In this document: one piece after another, positions 1 to 8,848 of the stretch | Layout of the letters: each line of letters opens with the position of its first letter | Numbering within the stretch: position 1 is the first letter of the stretch | Made by a program: the position numbers and the translations under genes | The notes under the pieces: generated by a model | The model's input: only the letters and a program-made list of their open reading frames with translations | Told to the model about the DNA's origin: nothing | Databases searched by the model: none | Assembly (NCBI GenBank): GCA_016283945.1 | Contig: JAEENW010000084.1 | Span: 1 to 46,252 of the forward strand | Direction: 5' to 3' | Source: Bacillota bacterium | GTDB lineage: Bacteria; Bacillota; Clostridia; Peptostreptococcales; Anaerovoracaceae | Length of the DNA: 46,252 bases

Positions 1-1028
1 ACAAGGCTGTCATCTCCTCCGGAGAGCTCAGCGTGGGCGACAGCGTTACCGCCTGCGTGGACGCACAGAGAAGGCACGCCATCGAGCGCAACCACACCGC
101 GACCCATCTGCTGCAGAAGGCGCTTCAGACCGTGCTCGGCGGACACGTCGAGCAGGCCGGCTCCCTCGTCACCGACGAGGGCCTGCGCTTCGACTTCAGG
201 CACTTCGAGGCCGTCTCCGAGGAGGAGAAGGCCCGCATCGAGGAGATCGTCAACGGCGAGATCCTCAAGTTCACCGACGTGAAGACCTCCGTCATGCCCA
301 TCGAGGAGGCCAAGAAGCTCGGAGCCATGATGCTCTTCGGCGAGAAGTACGGCAGCGAGGTCAGGGTCGTCGAGATCCCCGGCTTCTCCATGGAGTTCTG
401 CGGCGGAGCGCACGTCAGGAACATAGGCCAGATCGGCTCCTTCAAGATCAGCTCCGAGGGCGGAGTCGCCGCGGGCATCAGGAGGATCGAGGCCATCACC
501 GGAGACGCCGTAAGAGGCGAGCTCGAAGCCGACGACGCCCTGATCGACGCCGTCTGCGCCGCTCTCAAGACCAACAGGGCAGCCCTCGCCAGAAGGGCTG
601 AGGACCTCAGCGCCGAGCTCAAGGCCGCGCGCAGGGAGATCGAGGAGCTCAAGGCGAAGAGCGCCGAGAGCGGCACCGCCGATCTCATCGCGGGCGCCGA
701 GGATATAGGCGGAGTCAAGCTCATAGTCAAGCAGCTCGAAGGGGCCTCCGTCGACGACATGAGGGGCATCTGCGACGCCGTCAGGAAGGCGGAGAAGAGC
801 GTCATACTCGTCCTCGCTTCCGTGTCCGGAGACAAGGCGACCATCATGACCTGCGTCAGCGACGACCTCACCGGCAGGTACAACGCCGGAAAGCTCATCA
901 AGGAGATCGCCAAGGCCGCGGGAGGCGGCGGAGGCGGAAAGGCCGACATGGCCCAGGCCGGAGCGAAGGACATCTCAAAGCTTCCCGAGGCTCTGGCGCT
1001 CGCCAAAACCCTTGTTGCAAATTGCTGA
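1..1028 (+). CDS. alaS: alanine--tRNA ligase, C-terminal ~340 aa (5' end off the left edge)
   Basis: Frame is open to the window edge. Translation contains HTATHLLQKALQ (editing-domain His motif), FCGGAHV and the C-terminal GGGGGGKADMAQAGAKD DHHA1-type motif. It is followed by ireB-ruvX as in other Firmicutes. Confidence 0.9.
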   Translation, partial: KAVISSGELSVGDSVTACVDAQRRHAIERNHTATHLLQKALQTVLGGHVEQAGSLVTDEGLRFDFRHFEAVSEEEKARIEEIVNGEILKFTDVKTSVMPIEEAKKLGAMMLFGEKYGSEVRVVEIPGFSMEFCGGAHVRNIGQIGSFKISSEGGVAAGIRRIEAITGDAVRGELEADDALIDAVCAALKTNRAALARRAEDLSAELKAARREIEELKAKSAESGTADLIAGAEDIGGVKLIVKQLEGASVDDMRGICDAVRKAEKSVILVLASVSGDKATIMTCVSDDLTGRYNAGKLIKEIAKAAGGGGGGKADMAQAGAKDISKLPEALALAKTLVANC

Positions 1029-1075
1029 CAGCGAGTTTATAATTGAATCATCATAGGGGTCAAGGAGGCGAAAGT

Positions 1076-1324
1076 ATGGAAAGAAAGACGATACTGTTCA
1101 ATAGTCCCGATAACAGCGAGCAGAAGACCACCGAGGAGATCCTCACCCTGGTCCACGACGCGTTGGAGGAGAAGGGCTATGATGCCATTGGCCAGATGGT
1201 AGGGTACATCCTCTCGGGAGACCCTTCATATATAACCGCTCACAACAACGCCCGCAACCTCATCCGCAGGATCGAGAGGGATGACCTCGTCGAGGAGCTC
1301 CTGAGGAACTATCTTAAGAAATGA
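1076..1324 (+). CDS. ireB: IreB-family regulatory phosphoprotein (UPF0297, YrzL-like)
   Basis: 82-aa product MERKTILFNS...GYDAIGQMVGYILSGDPSYITAHNNARNLIRRIERDDLVEELLRNYL is typical of UPF0297. GGAGG lies 7 nt upstream of ATG 1076, so the 1043 start in the ORF track lacks an RBS. Conserved position between alaS and ruvX. Confidence 0.85.
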   Translation: MERKTILFNSPDNSEQKTTEEILTLVHDALEEKGYDAIGQMVGYILSGDPSYITAHNNARNLIRRIERDDLVEELLRNYLKK

Positions 1325-1755
1325 GGTACATGGGCCTGGATATCGGCGATAAGACTATAGGGGTCGCAGTCAGCGACCCCTTGTTTATATCCGCCAACGG
1401 CGTCACCACCATCGAGAGGATAGGCGCCCGCAAGGACGCTGACAAGGTCATCGCGCTCGCGAAGGAGCACGAGGCCGGCCTCATAGTGGCAGGCCTTCCT
1501 CTCATGCTCAGCGGAGAGGACAGCCCCCAGACCGCCAAGGTAAGGGACTTCGTCAGACTGCTCGAGAACAAGATGAGGAGCAGCGGGCTCTCAGGAGTCA
1601 GGGTCGTCTTCCAGGACGAGCGCTTCACCACCAAGATGGCGGAGAGCGTCCTCATAGAGGGCGGCATGCGCCGTGACAAGAGAAAAGAGATCATCGACAG
1701 GCAGGCCGCGGTCATAATACTGCAGTCCTACCTCGACGCGAACAGGAAGCTATAG
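1321..1755 (+). CDS. ruvX: Holliday junction resolvase-like nuclease RuvX (YqgF family)
   Basis: N-terminus MGLDIGDKTIGVAVSD and C-terminal DERFTT...IDRQAAVIILQSYLD are the YqgF signature. ATGA overlap with the ireB stop. ATG 1330 is an alternative start. Confidence 0.9.
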   Translation: MRYMGLDIGDKTIGVAVSDPLFISANGVTTIERIGARKDADKVIALAKEHEAGLIVAGLPLMLSGEDSPQTAKVRDFVRLLENKMRSSGLSGVRVVFQDERFTTKMAESVLIEGGMRRDKRKEIIDRQAAVIILQSYLDANRKL

Positions 1756-1827
1756 GCCGGAGGAAGGCGCCCCGTCAGGGCAGGCGCTTCGCGGCATCAC
1801 AGACCGGAACAGGAGAATACAGCAGAT

Positions 1828-3663
1828 ATGTGCGGTTTCGTAGGCTTTTACGGACAGCTCTCGGATAAGGAGCATATAGTCAGCGATATGGCGGCTCTCA
1901 TCGAGCACAGAGGCCCCGACAGCGGCGGAAGCTTCGTCGAAGGGGACGTCGCTCTGGGCTTCCGCAGGCTCTCGATCATAGACCTCGAGGGCGGCACCCA
2001 GCCTATGCACTCGGTGGACGAGCGCTACGTCATAACCTTCAACGGGGAGATATACAACTACAGAGAGCTCAAGAAGGACCTCATAGAGAAGTTCGGAAGC
2101 CGCTTTTCGACCGATTCCGACACCGAGGTCATAATCGAGACCTACAGGCATTACGGCACGGAGACCGCCTCCATGCTCAGGGGCATGTTCGCCTTCGTCA
2201 TCTACGACCGCGAGCAGGGCACTCTCTACGGCGCCCGCGACTACTTCGGGATCAAGCCCTTCTACTACAGCTTCCAGGAGGGAAGCTTCCTCTTCGGATC
2301 CGAGATCAAGAGCTTCCTGGCCTTCCCCGGCTTCAAAAAGGAGGTCAACCCCGAGGCGCTCAAGATGTACCTCGTGTTCCAGTACTCCCCGCTCGACGAG
2401 ACCATGTTCAAGGGCGTCTACAAGCTCAAGCCCGGCACCTGGTTCACCTACAGCAAGGACGATGGCCTCAAGACCTTCAAGTACTTCGACCCGATGTTCG
2501 ACCGCAAGAGCCGCAGCTTCGAGGAGGCCGTGAACATCATCGACGAGACCGTGCTCTCCTCCGTGGAGTATCACCAGATCGCCGACGTCGAGGTGGGATC
2601 CTTCCTGTCCGGCGGAGTCGACTCCAGCTACATTGCCTCGACCGTTAAGCCCATGAGGACCTACACGGTGGGCTTCGAGGTCCAGGGCTTCGACGAGACC
2701 GAGCTCGCCGCGGAGCTCGCGAAGAGGCTGGGCATGAACCACAGAAAGAAGGAGATCAGCGCCGACGAGTTCTTCGAGGTCCTGCCCAAGGTGCAGTACC
2801 ACTCCGACGAGCCTCACGCGAACCTGAGCTCCGTGCCTCTCTATTTCCTGGCAGGGCTCGCTGCCGAGGACCTCAAGGTAGTGCTCTCGGGAGAGGGCGC
2901 CGACGAGCTCTTCGGAGGCTACGACTGGTACATACAGAGCAACGAATCCATCAGGTACAAGAAGCTGCCCCTGGGGCTCAGGAAGTTCCTCGCGGCCACG
3001 CTCGGGAATATCCCGCAGGCTCACATCAAGCGCTTCTTCAAGTCCAATGCCCAGGAGGTCGAGGACAGCTACATAGGCCAGGCCTACATCATGGACGACT
3101 CCGAGGCAAACAGCCTGCTTCAGCCGGCCTATAAGTGCGCTATCACCCACAAAGACGTGACCGCGCCTTACTACGCCAAGGTCAAGGGAGAGGACGATCT
3201 GACCAAGAAGATGTACCTCGACATGAACCTCTGGCTCCCCGGCGACATACTGCTCAAGGCCGACAAGATGACTATGGCTCACTCCCTCGAGCTCAGGGTG
3301 CCTTACCTCGACAGAGAGGTCTGGAACGTCGCCAGGACCCTCAGCTCGCAGCAGCAGATGGAGGGAAGGGCGACCAAGAGGGCGCTCAGGGCCGCGGCCT
3401 TCAGGCACATCCCCGAGGAGTGGGCGAACAGAAAGAAGGCGGGCTTCCTGGTACCGTTCCGCGAGTGGATCAAGGACGAGAAGTACGGCTCTATGGTCCG
3501 TGAGACCTTCCACAGGGACTATGTCCCGCAGTTCTTCGACCCCGAAAAGCTCGACGCTATGCTCGACGGATACCTCGCCGGCGGTAAGCGCGAGGAGGCC
3601 AGAAAGATCTACACGATCTACTCCTTCCTGATCTGGTACGACGAGTACTTCGTGAAGAGATAG
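1828..3663 (+). CDS. asnB: asparagine synthase (glutamine-hydrolysing)
   Basis: Starts MCGF (N-terminal nucleophile Cys2). Contains the GATase-II block RGPD...GFRRLSIIDL and the PP-loop SFLSGGVDSS. Length 611 aa. Confidence 0.9.
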   Translation: MCGFVGFYGQLSDKEHIVSDMAALIEHRGPDSGGSFVEGDVALGFRRLSIIDLEGGTQPMHSVDERYVITFNGEIYNYRELKKDLIEKFGSRFSTDSDTEVIIETYRHYGTETASMLRGMFAFVIYDREQGTLYGARDYFGIKPFYYSFQEGSFLFGSEIKSFLAFPGFKKEVNPEALKMYLVFQYSPLDETMFKGVYKLKPGTWFTYSKDDGLKTFKYFDPMFDRKSRSFEEAVNIIDETVLSSVEYHQIADVEVGSFLSGGVDSSYIASTVKPMRTYTVGFEVQGFDETELAAELAKRLGMNHRKKEISADEFFEVLPKVQYHSDEPHANLSSVPLYFLAGLAAEDLKVVLSGEGADELFGGYDWYIQSNESIRYKKLPLGLRKFLAATLGNIPQAHIKRFFKSNAQEVEDSYIGQAYIMDDSEANSLLQPAYKCAITHKDVTAPYYAKVKGEDDLTKKMYLDMNLWLPGDILLKADKMTMAHSLELRVPYLDREVWNVARTLSSQQQMEGRATKRALRAAAFRHIPEEWANRKKAGFLVPFREWIKDEKYGSMVRETFHRDYVPQFFDPEKLDAMLDGYLAGGKREEARKIYTIYSFLIWYDEYFVKR

Positions 3664-3703
3664 AGGGCCGCGAAGGTCATATTATATTTTGAAAATGCAG
3701 GGC

Positions 3704-3738
3704 GGATGGGCTATTATATATATAGCTCATCCGTTTTT
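3704..3738 (+). terminator. rho-independent terminator after asnB
   Basis: GGATGGGCTAT / ATAGCTCATCC stem (one G-U pair) with an AT loop, followed by GTTTTTA. Confidence 0.7.
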
Positions 3739-3761
3739 ATGTCCTTAAGGAGAACGATAGC

Positions 3762-4736
3762 ATGAAAGAAACATACAAAGGGCGCAGAGCGCTCATTAAA
3801 AAACTGGCCGCGGCCGCGCTGGCCCTCTGCCTGACGCTGGCATTGGCTGCGTGCGGGGAGAGCAAGCCTCAGGAACCGGCTCCTTCCGAGCCTCCCAAGG
3901 ACCCGGCGCCTGGCGAGATAAGGCAGGCGAGCCTCTCTCTCAGCAAGGAGGAGCTTCCGGTCATAGACGGAGCTACCGCCATGCTGCCTTACTATCAGGC
4001 GGCCGCGGCCAGGATACTCGGAATAAGCGTGGATGAGGCGGCGGCCTACGTGCTCTGCAGCAAGACCGACGGCGCCTACAACAGCCTCACGCAGAAGCGC
4101 TGCGACATGGTATTCTGCGCGCTTCCCTCCGAGCAGCAGATAAAGTGGGCGGCAGATCAGGGCGTCGAGTTCGAGAGCGTGGACATACTCAACTCGGGCT
4201 TCGTCTTCTTCGTGAACAAGGACAATCCCGTAGACGGTCTGACTTCGCAGCAGATCCACGACATCTACGCCGGCAAGATCACCAACTGGAAGGAGCTCGG
4301 CGGAAACGACGAGCCCATCGAGGCGTTCCAGCGCTCCGAGGGCTCCGGAAGCCAGACCGGCCTTTACCTGCACGTCATAAGCCCCGAGGAGCTCATGCCC
4401 GCTCCTACCGAGAAGATGATAGGCGCCATGGAGGGGATCATCGACGTGGTCGCGAACTTCGACTCCGGCAAGGGCGCCATAGGCTATTCGTATTACTATT
4501 ACGTGGTCAACATGCACTACGACGAGGACATCAAGATGATCGCCGTGGACGGGGTCATGCCGACCCCTGAGACCATAGGGCAGGGAAGCTACCCGTACAT
4601 CTCCAGGACCTGCGCAGTCTTCAGGAGCGACGAGCCCGAGGACAGCAACGTCCGGAAGATAGCGGAGTGGTGCCACGGCCCGGAGGGCTGCGCCCTCGCG
4701 GAGGAGCTTGGATATGTTCCCAACAGAGAAGACTAG
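3762..4736 (+). CDS. PstS-like (PBP_like_2) substrate-binding lipoprotein, orphan
   Basis: Signal peptide with lipobox LALAAC. Contains QRSEGSGSQTG and the GAIGYSYYYY block typical of phosphate-binding-protein-like domains. AAGGAG RBS upstream. No pstCAB genes nearby. Confidence 0.7.
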   Translation: MKETYKGRRALIKKLAAAALALCLTLALAACGESKPQEPAPSEPPKDPAPGEIRQASLSLSKEELPVIDGATAMLPYYQAAAARILGISVDEAAAYVLCSKTDGAYNSLTQKRCDMVFCALPSEQQIKWAADQGVEFESVDILNSGFVFFVNKDNPVDGLTSQQIHDIYAGKITNWKELGGNDEPIEAFQRSEGSGSQTGLYLHVISPEELMPAPTEKMIGAMEGIIDVVANFDSGKGAIGYSYYYYVVNMHYDEDIKMIAVDGVMPTPETIGQGSYPYISRTCAVFRSDEPEDSNVRKIAEWCHGPEGCALAEELGYVPNRED

Positions 4737-6333
4737 AGGAGCGGCCCGCCGGCTCGGCGCCAGGGCGGCCGCCGCGCTGCTCTCGCTCGCTCTCGCCGCC
4801 TGCTGCCTCAGCGGCTGCGGCGCGGGAGGCGCAGGACAGGCCGGCCCCGGACCGAAGGGCGCGAACAGCGGCGTCATAAGCGCCCGCGAGAGCTTCGAGC
4901 AGGGAGAGCAGCTCACGCACGTGTACAGCAACCCGCTCGAGACCGAGTTCGTTGACATCTCCATAGGCGGAAACATCACAGGCAACTACATAAAGCTTCA
5001 CGGCTTTGCCGATCCTGCCGTCGAGAAGAAGGTGAACGACCTCATATTCCGCGCCGCCATGGACCTGGCCGCCGATACCGAAACGCCTCCGTACATCGGA
5101 GCGGCAGTCGAGTTCAGGAACAAGGTCCCCACGGACCGCAGCGTCTACAGCCAGCTCGTGGGATCGTTCAACAACATCGCTTCCATATCCATGAACGTAT
5201 ACCAGCAGTTCAAGCCGGCCGACGGTTACGAGTCCGAATGGTGGAGCTCCTATTCCGCCGTAAAGACGCTGAACATAGACCTGAGGACCGGCGAGGAGAT
5301 AAAGCTCCGCGACCTCTTCAAGGAGGGCACGGACGGGATAGCCTTCCTCAACAGCTGCATGGAGCGCTACATAGCCGAGAACGACTGCTACGACGACACG
5401 ACCTGGACCTACATGAACGGCTTCTTTCTCAGGGACAGCTTCCGCGGAGTGGACGAGGACCAGCAGTTCGTGATCTCGAACTGGAACGGCTGCGTATCCC
5501 TCTACTTCGACTGGCGCGACCCCGAGGTCCAGACCGAGTTCTACCCGGTAAGCGTCAGGATCGACGACAACTCCCGCTTCGACTACGACAAGTTCCTCGA
5601 GGGCGGCCCCGTATCCGCCGGGAAGCCGCTCGTCCCGCGGCTGCTCGAGCAGGAGCTGCCCCTCAGCGAGCCCGAAGAGCTCCCGAGGGCCTACAGCTTC
5701 GCGGGAAGGAACATAGATTACCACGGAGAGTTCGCGGGCAGCAGCCTCCTGAGCGACGCGCAGAACAGGGCGCTCACCGAGAGGACCCCGGAGGAGACTG
5801 CGATGGCCGACGGCGCGATCAGGGATTACGACCGCTTCGCGAAGACCTACGGGATGCTCAACGCAAGGGGAAGCTTCTACGAGGAGGGCAGCGCGAGCGC
5901 CATCGGGCCCTTCAGGATCATCAGGCGCTACGTATCCTACTACGTCTACAGCGAGGGAGACAACTACGACAGCGCTTCGGATTACAGCGACAGAGTTATC
6001 GTCTTCAGGGACGGGAACGATGAGCCGCTCTCGATCGAAGATCTCTTCAAGCCCGGAGCTGACTGGAAGTCCGCCGTCAGGGCGGTCGCTCTCAGGAAGC
6101 TCACCGAGACCGACTACATAGGAGTCAGCGATCCCGAGGGCTACGTTGACGAGATGCTGGACAGGATAAGCGGGATCGATCCGGGCAGCGAGGGCGTGCA
6201 GCTCTACTTCAGGGATCACGGGGATATCGACAGCAGATACCTGTCGAACCCCGACTACGAATGGGCCGCGAGCAACGCCGTGGGCTATCTGGAGTACGCC
6301 GATCTCGGAGCCGATATCCTGAACATAATATAA
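4714..6333 (+). CDS. hypothetical lipoprotein (539 aa)
   Basis: Lipobox LSGC after a hydrophobic leader (AAALLSLALAACCLSGCGAGG). GGAGGAG lies 8 nt upstream of ATG 4714; the TTG at 4708 is also possible. Codon usage matches the neighbours. No domain recognised. Overlaps the preceding gene by 23 nt. Confidence 0.6.
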   Translation: MFPTEKTRGAARRLGARAAAALLSLALAACCLSGCGAGGAGQAGPGPKGANSGVISARESFEQGEQLTHVYSNPLETEFVDISIGGNITGNYIKLHGFADPAVEKKVNDLIFRAAMDLAADTETPPYIGAAVEFRNKVPTDRSVYSQLVGSFNNIASISMNVYQQFKPADGYESEWWSSYSAVKTLNIDLRTGEEIKLRDLFKEGTDGIAFLNSCMERYIAENDCYDDTTWTYMNGFFLRDSFRGVDEDQQFVISNWNGCVSLYFDWRDPEVQTEFYPVSVRIDDNSRFDYDKFLEGGPVSAGKPLVPRLLEQELPLSEPEELPRAYSFAGRNIDYHGEFAGSSLLSDAQNRALTERTPEETAMADGAIRDYDRFAKTYGMLNARGSFYEEGSASAIGPFRIIRRYVSYYVYSEGDNYDSASDYSDRVIVFRDGNDEPLSIEDLFKPGADWKSAVRAVALRKLTETDYIGVSDPEGYVDEMLDRISGIDPGSEGVQLYFRDHGDIDSRYLSNPDYEWAASNAVGYLEYADLGADILNII

Positions 6334-6369
6334 GCGGGTCTAAGAACTCAGAACATACGGAAAAGAGCA

Positions 6370-7341
6370 ATGAACTTCACATCCTTTGATTACTTCATCG
6401 AGGTCGAAAAGCACCGCAGCTTCTCAAAAGCCGCGGACGCTCTGCACGTCTCCCAGCAGGCCCTGAGCTCCCACATCTCTTCGCTGGAGAAGGAGCTGGG
6501 CTGCCTGCTCTTCGTGCGGCACATACCGCTCGAGCTCACCTACGCCGGCGAGCATTTCCTGAACTACGCTCACAGCTTCGTGAACGACTACACGAACATG
6601 ATCAGGGAGTTCCAGGACATCTCCGAGGAGCGCAAGGGAAGGCTCAAGATAGGTGTGACGCACACGAGGGGCAGGGCGATACTGCCCGACCTCATCACCA
6701 TGTTCCAGAAGGAATATCCCGGCTTCGAGGTGGAGGTCGTCGAGTCCACGAGCGAGTTCCTCGCGGACAAGCTGCTGTCCCACGAGATAGACGTCGCAAT
6801 AGGATACATAGACGATCAGGACGGCATAGACACGGAGCTCTTCTACGACGAGGAGATGCTGCTCATGATCCCAAGAAGGATGCTTCTGGAGCTCGCGGCC
6901 GAGCGCGCGGGCGAGGACGGGATCTACGAGTTCGACCCCTCGATACTCAACGACTGTCCGATGATGCTCGGAAGCCGCGACGACATGAGCGGCATACTGA
7001 TCAGGAAATACCTCAAGGACAACAGGCTCGATCCTCCCATCAGGGCGAGGGCTGAGAACATCGAGACCCTCATAATGCTCTGTGTAAAGGGCGTCGGAGC
7101 CTGCCTCTGCCCGGAGTCGCTCATCAGGTCGACTCTGACCAAGGAGCAGATCGAAGAGCTGTCGATAATAGCTCCCGACATCCACACTCCGGTCAAGTTC
7201 GCCACGAGGAAGGAAGGCTATCAATGGACCGCGATCGAGGAGTTCAAGAAGCTCGCCCACGATAACATCGAGGCGATCATGAACCTGAACGACCCGGTCA
7301 AGAGGAACAACCGGCTGAGCGTCGCAGCGCAGCAGAGATGA
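6370..7341 (+). CDS. LysR-family transcriptional regulator
   Basis: N-terminal wHTH FSKAADALHVSQQALSSHISSLEKELGCLLFVR followed by a LysR substrate-binding region. Length 323 aa. Confidence 0.9.
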   Translation: MNFTSFDYFIEVEKHRSFSKAADALHVSQQALSSHISSLEKELGCLLFVRHIPLELTYAGEHFLNYAHSFVNDYTNMIREFQDISEERKGRLKIGVTHTRGRAILPDLITMFQKEYPGFEVEVVESTSEFLADKLLSHEIDVAIGYIDDQDGIDTELFYDEEMLLMIPRRMLLELAAERAGEDGIYEFDPSILNDCPMMLGSRDDMSGILIRKYLKDNRLDPPIRARAENIETLIMLCVKGVGACLCPESLIRSTLTKEQIEELSIIAPDIHTPVKFATRKEGYQWTAIEEFKKLAHDNIEAIMNLNDPVKRNNRLSVAAQQR

Positions 7342-7895
7342 TGACAGACGACCAGCTGTATCAAAGCTATCTCGCGGGCGACGCGCCCGCGGGCGACGAG
7401 CTCATGCTCCGCAACAGCGACGCCCTGACGGCCTATCTGGCGGGCTTTCTTGAGCATGCGCAGGACGCGGAGGACCTGATGCTCGACTGCTTCACGGTGA
7501 TACTGGTCGACAAGCCCCGCATAGGGGAAGGGCACTTCCGCTCCTACCTTTTCAAGGTGGCGCGGAACAAGGCAAACAGGCTCTGGAGGATGAGGTACAG
7601 GCGCAGCGAGTTCAGCCTCGACGAGGGACTCATCGAGAGCATGGACGACGGGCTTCCTCCGGACGAGGAGCTCTGGAAGAAGGAGCGCGGCGCCATACTC
7701 AGGAGCTGCATCAACCGCATAGCCCCGCAGTACAGGGAGGCGCTGTGGCTCATATACGACATGGAGATGAGCTACGCGCAGGCCGCTGAGGTCATGTCCT
7801 GCGGGACGAAGAGGATAGAGGATCTGCTCAGAAACGGAAAGAAGAGACTGAGAGCCGAGCTCGAGAAAGAGGGTATAAGCAATGCGGACATCTGA
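7338..7895 (+). CDS. sigma-70 family, ECF-type sigma factor
   Basis: Region 2-like FRSYLFKVARNKANRLWR and region 4 PQYREALWLIYDMEMSYAQAAEVMSCGTKRIEDLLRNGKKRLRAEL. Length 185 aa. ATGA overlap with the LysR stop. Confidence 0.85.
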   Translation: MMTDDQLYQSYLAGDAPAGDELMLRNSDALTAYLAGFLEHAQDAEDLMLDCFTVILVDKPRIGEGHFRSYLFKVARNKANRLWRMRYRRSEFSLDEGLIESMDDGLPPDEELWKKERGAILRSCINRIAPQYREALWLIYDMEMSYAQAAEVMSCGTKRIEDLLRNGKKRLRAELEKEGISNADI

Positions 7896-8244
7896 AGAGA
7901 GAGTCAGAGAACTTCATATGAGGATGGACGCGAGAAGGAAGGCCAAAGCCTCCCGCAGGCTCAGCGCCTCGGTCCTCGCGGTCACGCTCGGCCTCGCCGC
8001 TTCCATCGCGGCGGCGATAAGGATATCGAATATGGCCTATGTTGAAGCAGCCGGCCTCGCGGGAAACGCCGAGGGAAGCATCTTCGCGGAGCGCGGCGCT
8101 CTCGGCGTCATAGTCGTCGCGGTGCTCGCTTTCTGCCTCGGCTCCGCGGTGACCATACTCTGCTACAGACTGCGGACGGAGCGCCGCGACATGCCGAAGA
8201 TGCCGGTACGCCCCGGGGAGGTCAGCGATGGTCTTCGTGAATGA
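7882..8244 (+). CDS. small two-TM membrane protein, putative non-canonical anti-sigma factor
   Basis: Overlaps the sigma gene by 14 nt. Has a basic N-terminal helix (EERVRELHMRMDARRKAKASRR), two predicted TM helices and a basic tail. No HxxxCxxC zinc anti-sigma motif. Paralogue of the product of 9727-10065. Confidence 0.55.
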   Translation: MRTSEERVRELHMRMDARRKAKASRRLSASVLAVTLGLAASIAAAIRISNMAYVEAAGLAGNAEGSIFAERGALGVIVVAVLAFCLGSAVTILCYRLRTERRDMPKMPVRPGEVSDGLRE

Positions 8245-8848
8245 GAACCTCATTCAGTCGGCCGTGCTGATAGCGTGTTCCCTGGTATCGATCAGCAAGG
8301 CAATAAAATACAAGAGCAGGACCTGGTCTCTCCTCAGCTTCTTCTACGGATGCTGGCTGATAGACGACGTCTACTGGATGCTGTACGCCCTGTTCTTTGA
8401 CGGAAAGACGCCGACGCTCAGCGTGCTTTCGGACCTGAACTGGTACGCCTCGTACGTATTCCTGTATTTTCTCATCAGGCAGGTAGCTCCTCCGTATACG
8501 CGCCGTGAGACGCGGGTCATTCCGTGGCTCGCCTTCGTCTTCACCTTCTCCATGGCGGCGTTCTACATGCAGTGGGGAGAGGTCTTAAGCAATCTGATCT
8601 ACGCCAATCTCATAGGGCTGCTCCTGTTTTCGGTCATAAGGAGGCTCATGGACCTCGACGATTACAGGGACATCCTGCTCCTCTGCGCGGTCAGCCTGTT
8701 CTTCGTCGCCTTCGAATACGGGCTCTGGACGGCTTCCTGCTTCTGGAGAGAGGACTCGCTCTTCAACCCGTACTACTGGTTCGACGCGCTCCTGACGCTG
8801 AGCTTTCCTTTCTTCATCGCGGCGACGGCAAAGGCGGTGAGATCATGA
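8228..8848 (+). CDS. polytopic (about 6 TM) membrane protein, unknown function
   Basis: GGGGAGG RBS 6 nt upstream of ATG. Translation is almost entirely hydrophobic helices rich in Trp, Tyr and Phe. Overlaps both neighbours (17 nt and 4 nt). Confidence 0.6.
   Translation: MVFVNENLIQSAVLIACSLVSISKAIKYKSRTWSLLSFFYGCWLIDDVYWMLYALFFDGKTPTLSVLSDLNWYASYVFLYFLIRQVAPPYTRRETRVIPWLAFVFTFSMAAFYMQWGEVLSNLIYANLIGLLLFSVIRRLMDLDDYRDILLLCAVSLFFVAFEYGLWTASCFWREDSLFNPYYWFDALLTLSFPFFIAATAKAVRS

Noticed and set aside
1750-3513. 587-aa minus-strand ORF and Arg-rich alternative plus-frame ORFs (for example 3135-3503) inside asnB
   Set aside because: They lie opposite to or out of frame with a textbook asparagine synthase. 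Composition is low-complexity R/G/E/L/V. The same reasoning applies to 125-1006, 3714-4985, 4621-6219, 6424-7260, 10005-11144, 14631-15848, 15975-17951, 17976-19772 and 25213-26250.
8524-8844. N-terminal extensions suggested by the ORF track (8524 for the PrsW-like gene, 9526 for the two-TM paralogue, 28775 for the YneA-like gene, 28304 for SIMPL, 31817 for MATE, 34117 for miaA, 38486 for mutS, 43670 for xseA)
   Set aside because: Each extension overlaps the preceding gene or a promoter or repeat region and is Arg/Gly-rich. In each case an internal start with a good RBS or a stop-start overlap gives the canonical family N-terminus.
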